NCBI GenBank assembly: GCA_964016885.1
Contig: OZ024744.1
Span: forward strand, 77,004,001 to 77,068,000
DNA: 64,000 nt
Direction: 5' to 3'
Origin: Eledone cirrhosa
Taxonomy: Eukaryota
Made by a program: the position numbers and the translations under genes. Each line of letters begins with the position of its first letter. The first letter of the stretch is position 1. Shown here in pieces: positions 32,249-47,305 of the stretch. Under the pieces are notes generated by a model. The model saw nothing but the letters and a program-made list of their open reading frames with translations, was not told the origin of the DNA and did not search any database.

Positions 32249-33058
32249 ATGACTTCGCCGCCATTGACGGAAGATAATTTTAGACGGAAAAAGCGGGTGA
32301 CCTCACGTTTTTCCCGTTTCAGGAATCGTTGCAGCTCGATATTAGGTCTTTCTAAAAAAACTTCCATTAGTCATACTGTCTCCAACATTTCTTCAGAAAA
32401 GGTAATTAGTCCACCTTGTCCACTCACATTCCCGTATTATGCTTGTAAGAGAATCGCATTACCTGATAGTTCTTCCAAGACAGACATATCACCTGGTACT
32501 TCTACCAAGACAGACGTATCACCTGGTACTTCTACCATGACAGCCGTATCACCTGGTACTTCTACCATGAGAGGCATATCTTATTCAGGAGAGATAATTA
32601 GTCAATTTAGTCAAGACTTATTCACGTATCATTGTGGCAGGAAAATCCTTGTATTTGATAGTTTTACCAAGACATGCGCATTACCTGATACTTCTACCGA
32701 GACAGATGTGTTACCTGGTACTTCCAAGATAAACATATCATCTGATACTTTTACCAAGACATGTGTGTTACCTGGTACTTCTACCACGACAGACGTATCA
32801 CGTCGTACTAATACATGTATGTTACTTGGTACTTCTACTAAGACAAGCGTGTCACTTAATAGATCTTCGTCCTCGGACGACATACCGGTGCGCAACAAGA
32901 GATATTGTTCAAAGAAGTGTAGGCACTTTCATCGCAAAAAGAAATGTCTTCATTTTAACCTAACATTATCGACTGTTCTTGATGTTTCTCAGGAAGAAAT
33001 CCTTCGATCCTATGATAAGGATTCAGAGGATGTAGAACAATTTGATGAGGTAGAGTAG
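32249..33058 (+). CDS. Orphan 269-aa Ser/Thr-rich ORF with 10-aa repeats
   Basis: Open 810 bp in AT-rich context; in-frame 30-bp repeats (acctggtacttctaccaagacagacgtatc); no family recognised. Confidence 0.4.
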   Translation: MTSPPLTEDNFRRKKRVTSRFSRFRNRCSSILGLSKKTSISHTVSNISSEKVISPPCPLTFPYYACKRIALPDSSSKTDISPGTSTKTDVSPGTSTMTAVSPGTSTMRGISYSGEIISQFSQDLFTYHCGRKILVFDSFTKTCALPDTSTETDVLPGTSKINISSDTFTKTCVLPGTSTTTDVSRRTNTCMLLGTSTKTSVSLNRSSSSDDIPVRNKRYCSKKCRHFHRKKKCLHFNLTLSTVLDVSQEEILRSYDKDSEDVEQFDEVE

Positions 33059-33914
33059 TTAGTTAGACATGAACGAAATACAGGAGCTATAGATTTGTGA
33101 GTTGGTGGACGAATAAGAGAAGGTGACACAGATGGAGACTTGGGAAATATTTAGTTACAACTTTGTACCTTCTGAAGTATCTGTATAGTGGCAAATTGGA
33201 CTGCTAACATATTACGGATTATTTACTATGATGTGGCGGTGAATTGACAGTCGTTAGAACGTCTGTGTGGTATTTGTTTCGGTTCTCTGTTCTTTGAGTT
33301 CAAATCTCGCCGAGGTAAACTTTGCCTTTCAATTCTGTCAAGATCTCTATTATTCTCTACCTTCTCTGGAAGAAATCTTCTGTATTTAGACCAGGAAAGG
33401 AGATGGGCTCTGCCAGACTTAAAATGCCCCAAGAAACGCCGTATGTCACTACGACGCCACTACGACTCCATCAGGAGTTACGGGACCATACCATACCAAA
33501 CCATACCACATCTCTATGTTACTTTTTTACGGACTAGCTGGACTATTTGATTACAGCTTAATAGAACTGTTGATTCATACGATATTTGCAGCTAGGTGGT
33601 TCGCGCCCCTCTATAGTACCTATTTACATCTATGTGATCCACATAAAAAATAACTACGACCACAAGATATGATGTAATACTTACTAATAAAGGCAATGAG
33701 CAGAGAGGTGTAGATACTGTAGTAAATTCAACGTCAGTTACTCAATCCATGGTAATTTTTTATTCTTATTAATACCATGGAAAAATCTCATATCCTAAAC
33801 AAATATATTGTATGGTTTTGTCACCAAACTTCTGTTCGATGTTAAAAAAGAAAGAACAGCATCCATGGTCTCTTTGACGTTATGTATGTATAAATATATT
33901 TTATATTTCTATTT

Positions 33915-36815
33915 CTAGGGCGGGTAAAATTACCGAGATCCATGGACGATTTCTCTCCAGCGGTCTCTGTCCCTCATTATCGCTGCCATGTCCTGCGTCT
34001 CCAACAGACCAGTGTCTGTCCTTAGGGCATCAACATACATTAACCTTGGTCTTCCTCTTCCAGTGTGTCCATGTAGGGGCTCCCACGGGAGCACTGAGTG
34101 CAATGTCAACTCCGGATGTCGGTGAGCATGTCCAGTTAACCTCAGTCTCCTCTGTGTCACTTTTGAGCTGACTTTTGGGAGGCTCCCATACAGCTCTGAG
34201 TTTTTCATCCTCAGTATATACTGATTAATGTTCAGAGCCATCCTCAGCATTCCCGTGTAGCACCCATCCACCATCTGAGTGAGTTTCTTGGTCAGTGTCC
34301 AAGTCTCAGACCCGTACAGCAGCACAGACTCCACTACAGCAATGAAGAGGCGGATTTTCAGGTCTTTACGAAGGTCCGACTTCCACACCCATCTCAAGCT
34401 GTGGCACGCCGCCCAGGCTTTTCTCTTCCTCTCAACCACATCATCTTCCGTATTCCCAATCTTTGCTCCCAAATACAGGAAGTCCTCAACCAATTCTAGC
34501 GGCTTTCCGCCTACATTAGTGATCCCCTCTGGCTTCTCAACATTCTCTACCAGATATTTTGTTTTAGTCTCATTCATTCTCAGCCCCACACTCACCGACA
34601 CAGTCTCAACCTCCTGCATCAAATCATCTGCCTCCTTCACTGTATTTGTCACCAAAACTATGTCGTCGGCAAATTCAGCATATGATATCTTTTTCGCCTT
34701 AACTCTCCTGCTCTCAGCCGATGCTACAGTGAAGCCAGAGCCCTGGTGTTTCTGCAGTGCAAGGCGCATACAATAGTCCACTACGATGATAAAAACGTAG
34801 GGAGCCAATGTATCTCCCTGGAGCACTCCAGCCAGTATCTCAAAGAACTCTGTCAACCCATCAGGTGTAATGACTTGGGCTTTGGTGTTGGTGTAGAGCA
34901 CTGATATCAGGTCCACTATCTTCTTGGGGATTCCATAAGCCTGTAAGATCTTCACCAGGTAGTGACGGCTCACCGAATCAAAGGCCTTCCTAAAGTCAAT
35001 GAAAACCATGACCGCAGGAAGGCACTTTGCTCTAGCTCCCTCTAATATCCTCCTCAGCATCAGGAAGTGACTGGTGGTTGTCCCTGAGCTTCTTCTCCAT
35101 CTCAGGCTGGATCCTGTTATGAATCATCTTGTTGAGGGTCTTTTCCACAAGTGACGTCAGTGAGATCCCCCTGTAGTTGTTGGTGTTAGAGAGATCTCCC
35201 TTCTTTGGCACTGGGACGATGTTACTGATCCTCTTTTTCTAGTGCCTGGTTACAGAACCCCAGGATGATATCATCAAAATCACACCTCTTCATCACCTCT
35301 GATGCCACTCCATCTTCTCCGTGAGCCTTGCCCCCCTTGATCTTCTTCTTGGCTCTCTGAAGCTCCTCTCTGGTGAAGGGTTCTGTCTCAATATCCAGTT
35401 CTTCAAACATCCGCCTGATCTCCCCAGTGCTCTGGGCTGTGGAAGGTGGCTCTCCTAGTAGGGTCCTAAAACGGTCTAGCCATTTCCTCTTCCTATCCTC
35501 GGGCCCTGTTCCCTCGTCACACTCTCCTCAGTCCATCCAATCTCTCTCTCCTCTGTCTCTCCCCACAGAACACTGAACCTGTTCCTCACTTCCACTGTGA
35601 ACCTCTCCTGTAGCTTATCATCTTGAAAGCTCCCCAGTCATAGATTGCTCTCCGGGGCTGAGCCTTGCTCTTTCTTAAGCTCACCCGGACCTCACTCATA
35701 ACAAGCCGGTGGTCACTACCCAGTGTACTGAAATACTTGTATAGTTCTGTGTTCAGAACACTATTCCGCCACTTCTTCCTCACCAGAAATCAATCTGGGA
35801 CTTGGACAGGTGCATATCTGAGATGTAGGTCCACATCTTCCCCGGATTCATCCTAAACCTTAGGTTGGTCACGATCAAGTTCGTCTCCAGCAGGGTGTCT
35901 CTCAGTAGTCTTCCATTTCGGTTGGTGTTGTTATGGAAGTACCAGCAAGGATCTTCACTGCCCTCCTTACTCAGATGTGCATTGAAGTCCCCCAAAACAA
36001 GCAGGATGTTGTGTGCTTGAGTGGTGTTGACAGCTCTACACACCTTCTCATGGAACTCCTTTGCACTCACATCACTCTCTCCCTCGGTTGGACTATAGGC
36101 TGAGATGACTGTCAGTCTTGGGTTTCCATTGAAGGTCACCCTCAACACTCGCGGGGAGACAGGCATTATTTCCCTCACCAATAGACTGGTTTTTGTGCTG
36201 AAAACAAAATCCACTCCTCCTACTGCAGCATTGGTCATGTTCCTCACTGCCAATGTGGTGATGAGCTGGCTCATCTTCCCAATCATCACACTCTCACGGG
36301 CTCATCGTGTAGGATCCTGTGTTCTTGGATCGCAAGTATCTGTATACCACTCTCCTCGAACAGATGTCCCAACTCCTCTCTCTTCTCCAACGTCCGAATA
36401 GTCCTCACATTCAAAGTGCCCATTTTGATGGCTCTTCTGCAGGACAAAACTGCATTCTTTATATTTGTCTCAGAGACAGCTGATCCATCATCCACTGGCC
36501 CTCCCTTTGGCTCTAAGCCAGCAGAGTCATAACGACCAGACTGCTCCTTGACAGTGTAATTAGGGGCTCTAACCCTAGTGCTGTTAGACAGACTCTCCAT
36601 ATTTATTTTCAATGGCTGACAATACCTTACCGGCGCCACTCGAATAAGGTAGTTATTTAACTCATAAATGGGACCCTAACAGGTACTACTACTCCGGGCC
36701 AGAGCAGACCTGGGAGTTATGACAACTAAGGGGTAACTCCACATTCCCCACAGCTCCTTAACTCCCGAACTGGAGCCTTGCCACTGGATGTAGTTTAATG
36801 TCATACCCAGGACAA
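33915..36815 (-). mobile_element. Near-full-length decayed RTE (RTE-X-like) LINE
   Basis: APE: MGTLNVRT, LAIQEH, GDFNA, QID, GSDHR. RT (33930-35060): FIDFRKAFDSV, GVLQGDTLAP, FADD, YLG, LLYGSETW. Frameshifts and stops present. Confidence 0.93.
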
Positions 36816-36817
36816 TA

Positions 36818-36880
<63 letters not shown>

Positions 36881-36970
36881 GGGAGGGGGGTAAAAGGAAA
36901 ACAGAAATAACAACACAATCGGTACAGTATATGGAAGGGATATATTAGGTTTGATATAGCAGGAAGAGGG

Positions 36971-37009
36971 TCTTAACGTTTCAGACGCTAGTCCTCCTTC
37001 ATCAGAAGA
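36971..37009 (-). ncRNA. Minimal HHR; inverted partner of 38850-38885
   Basis: TCTT-CTGATGA-AGGAGGAC.tagc.GTCT-GAAA-CG-TT-AAGA; arms at ~36940-37090 and ~38762-38928. Confidence 0.7.
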
Positions 37010-37405
37010 AAGAATGAGAAATAAAATAGATTGAGGGGACGGGTGGGGTGGAATTGGAAAAAATGTCTTGAGATAAAAATAACAGGTCCATTCATGTTGA
37101 CATCTCTTGCAAAACTGTTGGTGCTGGCGTTTAGTGTATGATTTATTTTTTTAGAAAAGTGGATGATGGAGCGCGTCTATTTGAAATAGAAAATAAAAAC
37201 CGTTTTGTGCACATGCGTAAGCATGAACATTACTAAAGAAGCTGATGTTATATAAATCGTTTATTCATTATAATTATTTGAACGGTTCTCCCATGTAATC
37301 AAATTACGAATGTTGAAAGCTTTCTCCTGCTTGCTCTTGTTTTTACCAAAACAACCTCTTTGGAACACATATATGATCTGAAACTCTGCCGTCGGGGTCT
37401 AACAT

Positions 37406-37459
<54 letters not shown>

Positions 37460-38188
37460 GCTTTGTATATATATATATAGCAAAGATAAAAATATATATA
37501 CAAAGCATAAATATATGGAGAGAATTATATATGATTAGATGTCCCCGTGCTATCATTTTTGGCAGCTAATTGTGGTATCAACTATATAAAAAGTGTCTGT
37601 CTTTCTCTCGCTAAACCTCATTTCCTTTTTTGCACTCTCCATTACTGAAACCAACCTAAACCCGTACAACTTAAAGTCACATAAAGCATGTCGTGACTTA
37701 TACTTATAGTTGATGTTTTTAAAATTCCCCATTTAAAATTTATTACATACATTTCTTAATATAAATATATTGGGCACATGTATGAACTGTTAAATTAAGG
37801 GTAGATGTGTATTTGTATATAACTTTCACCCGCGGTCGTTTTTATATTCTTGATAATTCTAACTTATTCTGATATTGTTTGGGGCTTGGCTCATTGGACA
37901 ATATATACACACATACACTCAGACATACATACACTCAAACACACATACTCTCACACACACATACACTTACAAAAGTATAGCCAATAGCCAATCTAAGAAC
38001 GTTGGTTAAAAATAATTATTACATACACATCTATACAAACATATACATAAACAGACTCATTAGAGAAAATAAGTATTTCAAGCACACACGTTGTTGTTTT
38101 CTATACATTGTTACATCCCCCTTCCTTCCGCACTCATCACATAGATGTGTGTGTATGTTATCATTATTTTGTACGTGGATTGACATAA

Positions 38189-38527
38189 GGGCGGTGGATT
38201 GGCAATATCGGTAGAGGGTCGGACGCCATGCTTTGACGCATAGAGTTACGGTCCTTGTCATTCTGAGATGAGTTACCTTCCTTTGCGTGACGGACAAATA
38301 CACAAGGTTAATATATTAGTAGATTGTATATAATTGATTATATACACACACACACACACAGACACACATATATATATATATATATATTGTGGCATAGAGT
38401 TAAGGCCATTTACGTTCTATGTTGAAATCCCGTTGATAAAATAAAATACCAGTAATGCACTGAGGTTGATTTAATCGACTTTCTCCTCCCCTAAATTGCT
38501 GGCCTTGTGCTTAAAGTAGAAATCGTT
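38189..38527 (+). mobile_element. SINE family 1, split or rearranged
   Basis: Head at 38189-38275, body at 38388-38527. Confidence 0.7.
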
Positions 38528-38849
38528 ATACATATATTTATATACCGACATTTAATTAAATGATGCTGCCTGTCTGTTCGATGAGTGTTAAGTATTTAAA
38601 TAAAATAAAATGAAATACGTAGTGTTGTTAAGCCAAAGAATCTCAAATGTGACCTAGTAAAATAGTCACTAGAATAATATAAATGTTATCCACTTATAGT
38701 GGCTTAGTGGTTAGAGTGTTTCGCATACAAGCCTCATATATCTGACTAAGAGATGGCAACATGAAAGGACCTGTTATTTTTCTTTAAAAACATTTTTTCC
38801 GATTCCGCCTTGCCTGTCCCTTCAAACTTTCTACTAATTTCTCATTCTT

Positions 38850-38885
38850 TCTTCTGATGAAGGACTAGCGTCCGAAACGTTAAGA
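38850..38885 (+). ncRNA. Minimal HHR
   Basis: TCTT-CTGATGA-A-GGAC.tagc.GTCC-GAAA-CG-TT-AAGA. Confidence 0.8.
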
Positions 38886-38927
38886 CCCTCTTCCTGTTAT
38901 TTCAATCATCGTTAAACTAATATATTC

Positions 38928-39484
<557 letters not shown>

Positions 39485-39909
39485 TATTTCAAGCGTTAAT
39501 ATATATATATAGTGTTATATATACACGTTAAAATATTACCAAATACAATTTCACACCAAATATTGATTTACAATTGCTTAGTCTTCATTGGGACCTTTCA
39601 AAATCAATCATTTTATGAACAGTTACTTCAACATATTCATCTTCTCACACACACCAATATATCCAATATGTCACCTACCAATAAATGTAATGAAGGAGTA
39701 ACCAATCGTCCTTGTTATTTTATTACACTATATATATAACGTTAAGACTCTCTTCCTGCTATTTCAAGCGTTAACCTAATATATTCCTTCCATATACTGT
39801 ACCGATTGTGTTGTTGTTATATTTCTGTTTACCTTTTAGATACATACACACATACATACATATATATATATATATATGTGTGTGTGCGTGTGTGTGTGTG
39901 TGTGAGAGA

Positions 39910-39948
<39 letters not shown>

Positions 39949-39953
39949 CGTGC

Positions 39954-39984
<31 letters not shown>

Positions 39985-40083
39985 TGTATGTGTGTGTGTG
40001 TATGTGTGTGTGTGTGTATGTGTGTGTATGTGTGTGTGTGTGTATGTGTGTGTGCGCGCGTGTGTGTGCGCGCGTGTATGTGA

Positions 40084-40200
40084 AGGCGTGTGGCTGAGTG
40101 GTTAGAGAATTGGATTCACAATTGTGAGGTTGTGAGTTCGATTTCTGGACCAGGCGATGCGTCATGTCCTTGAGCAAGACACTTTATTTCACGTTGCTCC
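40084..40200 (+). mobile_element. tRNA-derived SINE family 2 (5' part); a minus-strand copy at ~46245-46352
   Basis: GGCGTGTGGCTGAGTGGTTAGA..GAGTTCGATT..GTCCTTGAGCAAGACACTTTATTTCACGTTGCT. Confidence 0.75.
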
Positions 40201-40347
40201 TTCTACCCGGAGTTGCGACCGATAGATAGTACTTAGCAACTGGAAAGCCGGTCGATCCTTTCTTTTATATATATATCTATCTATCTATATATATATACCA
40301 ACAATCAATTAGTGAATCAATCAATCAGCCTATCTATCTATCTATCT

Positions 40348-40385
<38 letters not shown>

Positions 40386-40442
40386 GGATAAGTACCCATG
40401 GGCATATTAACTTCTTTTATATATATATATATATATATATAT

Positions 40443-41406
40443 GTAGATAAATCTACCAAGAGTTTACGGTAGTGTCCAATCCGTATGAAGAACTCAATGT
40501 ATTCCGGATATCATGGAAAGAAGAGATGTAATGAAAAATCACTTTCGGTGAAAGATAAACGGTATACAGAGTCAAGATAAAATATTAAACAAATAATGAA
40601 TAAAACAATGAAACAGTTCCTTATATTAAACAAAAAAAGTTCATTATTTAACGATCGTTTCTAGGATATATATGTGTTAGAATTGGCATGCATATTCAAC
40701 AGATCTATGTACAAAATTATACAAAATTATACAAACTATCAAGATTAAATATACATACCAACACATATATACGCCGTCTTCAGAAATAATGAAATATATT
40801 TATTGATAATAACAACAATTCAAAATTTCAGGTCCGTTTGGGAACAAAATTGACCAATGAAAATACAAAAGGTTTAATGCAGTTCGGTGTGTGTATATAC
40901 ATGTAACTACCCTTACACATATTTTACAAAAATGTATGCTCAACTTGTATACGCATACCAAAAGGATGGATGCAAATACAAAATTTCAAGGTTAATGTCT
41001 CTGTAAGTTTATAATGCACAGATAAGATGCGTATAGACATATAAATATGAAATAAGTGTATACACATATTCTCATACTCACACATATCCGTACAATCACA
41101 CACACGCGCGCGTATATGCATAAACATACACATAACTACGAACATACAAACACACACACACCCCCACTCACATATATATATGTGGATATAATATCATAAG
41201 CACATGGATATTAATTCACTCACATAAACACTGGCACACACATTTAGATCAAGATACAGAAATTAGGTGGGAGGGGGGGAGAGGTCAGTATTCAACGGTT
41301 TGGGCAGACTGCTTATTATAGATGTATCTATAAACTAAGAAAATAAAAAATAAACATTAAAAAGGAAAGAAAAGAAAAAGAAAAAAGAAAAAAGAAATAT
41401 ATCAAG

Positions 41407-41488
<82 letters not shown>

Positions 41489-41594
41489 AACACATACATA
41501 CATATACACACATCCACACTTAGAACATACATACACACACATATATAAATATATACATATACACACATACACACATATACACACATACATATAA

Positions 41595-41653
<59 letters not shown>

Positions 41654-41930
41654 TACACATATAATCACACATACTATATAGACACACATATATATACACA
41701 CATACACGCACATATACATACACTTACATACTTATATACATACAGATATACACATACATACCTATATATACACACAAATACATACAGACATACATACATA
41801 CATACAGACAAATACTTACGCATCCATATATCGGTATATACATACAAACACCACTACACTCTCACACAACTCAGACATACAAAGAAAAAGGTATATACCT
41901 ATACACATATACATATACAAATAGAGAAAC

Positions 41931-41997
<67 letters not shown>

Positions 41998-42187
41998 CAC
42001 ATATACACACATATACATACATACACATACATACATGTACACACACATAGATATACATACATACACACATACACACATACATATATAGTCATACACACAC
42101 ATACACCTACACGAACATACACATACACATATATAAAGATATATATACACACACACACATACACACACACACATATATATAAAATAA

Positions 42188-42224
<37 letters not shown>

Positions 42225-42537
42225 CATATACATACACACATACATAGACATATATGTACATACATACACATACATACATACATACACACACATACATACA
42301 TATATATATACACACATAGACATATACATACACACACAACATACATACACACACATATATACTCATACATAGAATTAGATATATATTCATACATACATAC
42401 GCACTTACATATACTCATATATACAAATACATACGCATCCATATATGCGTATATACATAGAATATGTGTGTATGTGTGTATGCGTGTATGTGTGTATATA
42501 TATGTGTGTCTATATAGTATGTGTGATTATATGTGTA

Positions 42538-42602
<65 letters not shown>

Positions 42603-42708
42603 TTATATGTATGTGTGTATATATGTGTATGTGTGTATATGTATATATTTATATATGTGTGTGTATGTATGTTCTAAGTGTGGATGTGTGTATATGTATG
42701 TATGTGTT

Positions 42709-42795
<87 letters not shown>

Positions 42796-43617
42796 TCTTG
42801 ATATATTTCTTTTTTCTTTTTTCTTTTTCTTTTCTTTCCTTTTTAATGTTTATTTTTTATTTTCTTAGTTTATAGATACATCTATAATAAGCAGTCTGCC
42901 CAAACCGTTGAATACTGACCTCTCCCCCCCTCCCACCTAATTTCTGTATCTTGATCTAAATGTGTGTGCCAGTGTTTATGTGAGTGAATTAATATCCATG
43001 TGCTTATGATATTATATCCACATATATATATGTGAGTGGGGGTGTGTGTGTGTTTGTATGTTCGTAGTTATGTGTATGTTTATGCATATACGCGCGCGTG
43101 TGTGTGATTGTACGGATATGTGTGAGTATGAGAATATGTGTATACACTTATTTCATATTTATGTGTCTATACGCATCTTATCTGTGCATTATAAACTTAC
43201 AGAGACATTAACCTTGAAATTTTGTATTTGCATCCATCCTTTTGGTATGCGTATACAAGTTGAGCATACATTTTTGTAAAATATGTGTAAGGGTAGTTAC
43301 ATGTATATACACACACCGAACTGCATTAAACCTTTTGTATTTTCATTGGTCAATTTTGTTCCCAAACGGACCTGAAATTTTGAATTGTTGTTATTATCAA
43401 TAAATATATTTCATTATTTCTGAAGACGGCGTATATATGTGTTGGTATGTATATTTAATCTTGATAGTTTGTATAATTTTGTATAATTTTGTACATAGAT
43501 CTGTTGAATATGCATGCCAATTCTAACACATATATATCCTAGAAACGATCGTTAAATAATGAACTTTTTTTGTTTAATATAAGGAACTGTTTCATTGTTT
43601 TATTCATTATTTGTTTA

Positions 43618-43625
<8 letters not shown>
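40443..43625. mobile_element. Large fold-back non-coding element with ~1.15-kb arms and a microsatellite-rich body
   Basis: ~40578-41715 is the inverse of ~42470-43625 with a few substitutions; unique tail at 40443-40577. Confidence 0.85.
43413..43560 (+). ncRNA. HHR with 115-nt stem II; second copy at 40643-40790(-)
   Basis: ATTATTT-CTGAAGA-CGGCGTATATATGTGTTGG...CTAACACATATATATCCTA-GAAA-CGATCG-TT-AAATAAT. Confidence 0.75.
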
Positions 43626-43658
<33 letters not shown>

Positions 43659-43887
43659 TTGTATTAACAATTGTTTCATTGATCAAGTGAGTCTAAATGC
43701 CGCTGGTCAGCCGACCACGTTATTCTTCACTCTTTCGCTACCAAGCTAAGGAAACCTCTTGTTGAGTCAAACAACGCCGTACGTTGAAACTATCCATAGT
43801 TCAGAGTACTCACAACCTCTAACTGGATTACCTAAAACGATAACTTATCCCATATATATATATATGGGATAAGTTATATATATATAT

Positions 43888-44311
43888 TTCGTTTCTGAAT
43901 TTGTTTAGCAAGATTCTTTATCTGAAAACGATTGTTGAAACCGATATTGTTATACTTTGGGAGGGTCATTTTGCCAATAAGAAACACACGCACCAGTTGC
44001 CTTCACTCCAATTTATTATAAATTGTAACACATGCTCAAACTAAGCACACAACACACACAAAAACAAGATGGCGTAGGACAGAACAAAGGAGAGGCACAA
44101 AACAAAGAAAAGAATCCCCGGTCACTGATGAGGTCACAGAATGTGTGACGAAAGAACTTTAACAATATATGAACAACCGTCCGGTTGTGGAGCCAACCAA
44201 CCAACCGGGAATTTATAAATTTTTAAAATTTATAATTTAATTTATAATAAATTGGAGTGAAAGCATATGGTGCGGGTGTTTCTTATTGGCAACATGACCC
44301 TCCCAAAGTAT

Positions 44312-44320
<9 letters not shown>
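43888..44320. mobile_element. Fold-back element with HHR core at 44125-44153(+)
   Basis: Arms at ~43943-44025 and ~44239-44320; CTGATGA-G-GTCAC..GTGAC-GAAA; stems I and III unclear. Confidence 0.6.
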
Positions 44321-44377
<57 letters not shown>

Positions 44378-44383
<6 letters not shown>

Positions 44384-44917
44384 AGATCAAAAGATGGTTA
44401 AAGGAGTTCCATGTATGCGCATTTCAAAAACAAACATCATCATGCAATAATATTTGTGTTTTCATCAGATAAAATAGGAGAACATGATATGAAGGCTAAA
44501 AAACACTTGTGGATAGTGCAGTTTTAAATCAACATATGAAAAGTGGTTTTATATTGATGTGTGATATTGGGAAAAATATTTTATTTAGAGAGGGGGGGGG
44601 TGAAAAGGGAAGGAGATGAGAGGGAGTGATGGGTGATAGAGAGAAAGAGATAGTTTTTATAACTGAGAGGAGATATATTGTTTTACATAGAGAGGTTGAA
44701 AACCGTTGGAAGATAATGTATAAATTAAAAATTTTGAAAATTAACGAAGGGAGGATATGTGCGAGGAAAAAATATTTTATTTAGGGAGGGGGGGTGGAAA
44801 GGATGAAAAAAAGGGGGAGGAGATGAGAGTGAAGGTGGAGAGGGAGAGATGGGTGATAGAGAGAAAGAGATAGTTTTTATAACTGAGAAAAAGATATATT
44901 GTTTTAACATAGAGAGG
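44378..44917 (-). mobile_element. Further copy of the 23418-25628 family; HHR stem I deleted
   Basis: Colinear with 24608-25163. Confidence 0.85.
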
Positions 44918-45361
44918 TATATATATATATAAACATATATACACGTATATATATACATATATACATAGTGGCTTCCTTGTTCAATCATCTTACCAGAAGC
45001 CTAACATTATTTGTGTAAGCGGACAGTACTTGATTTAGGAGTCGCAGAAACCCAAATGCTGGATTTTACCAACCATCCAGGGGTCCGGGTAAATTTTTTC
45101 AATCACATTTTTATTTGTTTGACCCGAATTACTTGGTCGTTTTTATGGTTGTGCGGATGATTGTTTAACCATCGTCTCAGTGTGTTTGGCCTTTAACATA
45201 TGTTGTAGCTCTGGTTCATCTGAATCATTGAGCGCTTGCCACACATCTCCGAAGTTGTTTTTCGTTAATTCCTAAGCCGAAATACGATTCTCGCTAATTT
45301 ATACATGTATACATATATACATATGTATATACATATATATATACATATATATATACATATA

Positions 45362-45461
<100 letters not shown>

Positions 45462-46558
45462 TGTGTGTGTGTGAGAGAGAGTAAGAGAAGGAGATAGAGA
45501 GGGGGAGGAAGAGAGAGAGATGAAAAAAAAATGGTTTGTGGACAAAATAAAATATCAAATATGTGATAAAAAATACAACCAAAGACAGAAGCACAAAATT
45601 AAAGTGTAATAAAGTAAAAAAAAAAATAAAAAAAAAAAATAAAAATGAAATAAAAACAAAAAAGAGCCAGAACGAAGAATCAAGAATATAAGGAGGGACT
45701 TGTTGTCATCACTGTTCATTTGATGTCTTGGATTCTAAATATTCTTCTGGTACCTTCTTAACCAAACATGCTGAACCTGAATGCGAAATTAGATAATATC
45801 ATAGATGAATATTCATCGGTGACTAGAAGTTTTTTACAATATCTGATATTGGAGATATCCGTCGTTTTCGACGGTCAGCACTCCTGTTGGTTCAATCAAA
45901 GGAACAGCCTGCTCGTGAAATTAATGTGTAAATGGTTGAGCATTTCGTAGACAAGTGTACCCATAACCAGACCTGCTAACCTGTAAAAACCCAAACGGGG
46001 AGTACCATGAAAAAAATGTACCCACAAAATGGGGACAGATTTTACATAATGAAAGCTATACCCATTTTCACAAGAGAAGACATCTCTCACTCACCCTAAA
46101 GTAGGTAGGAGATCTTCTAGTCCGACGGGGAGAATTGACAGGTCTGCATAACGTAGTTGTTCTCAGGGAGATTTAGCGCAAAACAATATGTGACATGACA
46201 TGAGTGGCACTTTAAATTTCGAGTACAGCTCCATTCCCCGCTGAGTGAACGGTAGCAACGTGGAATAAAGCATTTTGGTCAAGGACACAATGCGCTTCCT
46301 CGTCCGGGAATCGTAAGATTGTGTGTCAAACAGCCCTAACCATTAAGCCACTAATGATAACAACTGTCAACTACAGTTTGAAGGTAGGTTTCTTTTTCTA
46401 CTTTTCTGACCAGTTTCTATTTTATCTTTTATTTTATATTATGTATATTTTTGGTAAAATTTATTATACTAGGCCTATCGCAAACATTAACAATGGTGAT
46501 TACATTTTCAGTTATTGTCTGATCATTAATAGATATATTTGGACAATAACTGATGATG

Positions 46559-46616
<58 letters not shown>

Positions 46617-46629
46617 CATCATCATCATC

Positions 46630-46983
46630 GTCATTTGGTCGAGCTTGCCATATGTATGTATAAATAATCGGGCTGGATACCTAATCTCGCGGTTAAACCA
46701 CTGGGAGTGAAGGACCCTTAGCCTTTGTCACGGCATTCTCCTAGAAGAAGACAACTCAGGAAACTGGGATAACTCCGATATAAAACCTGTTTGATGTTGA
46801 TCTTTTCTTCTTTTCGGGTTATAGCTACTGTCGCTCAGAGAGTGGGATTGGCTCAGTGCACAGTCTTTCCTCACTTTAAAAATAAACTTCACGCACAGGC
46901 ATTGCACGATAGAATTAATTAATAATTATTAATAATGTTATATCGTGCAATGGCCATACTCTATAACGAGGGGACAGCCATCA
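46630..46983 (+). mobile_element. Probable short RTE-derived non-autonomous element
   Basis: RTE-like 5' UTR motif (ctagaagaagacaactc..taaaacc); 3' ccatcatgta(tg)n end like that at ~7120. Confidence 0.4.
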
Positions 46984-47098
46984 TGTATGTATGTATGTAT
47001 TATGTATGTACATATGTAAAAGGTAAACAGAAATAACAAAACGGCATAGTACATGGAAGAAATATATTAGTTTAACGCTTGAAATAGCAGGAAGAGAG

Positions 47099-47134
47099 TC
47101 TTAACGTTTCGGGAACTACTCCTTCATCAGAAGA
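47099..47134 (-). ncRNA. Minimal HHR, same family as 38850
   Basis: TCTT-CTGATGA-AGGAG.tagt.TCCC-GAAA-CG-TT-AAGA. Confidence 0.7.
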
Positions 47135-47305
47135 TAGAGTTAAAAATAGAAGATAAATAGAAAGTAAAGAGTGATAAGAAGAGGCAGGAACGGGGAAATT
47201 GAGAAAAAATTTAGATATTGAATTAGAAGGTTTCGCTAAATATAAGTCACCATAGCGCAAAAATAATGGGCATCAGCACGAATGGGAATCGAACCCTCAC
47301 TTGTT

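Noticed and set aside
47270-47305. tRNA gene as the Tx1 target
   Set aside because: Only a T-arm-like fragment (GGGTTCGATTCCC, minus strand); no cloverleaf, probably SINE debris.
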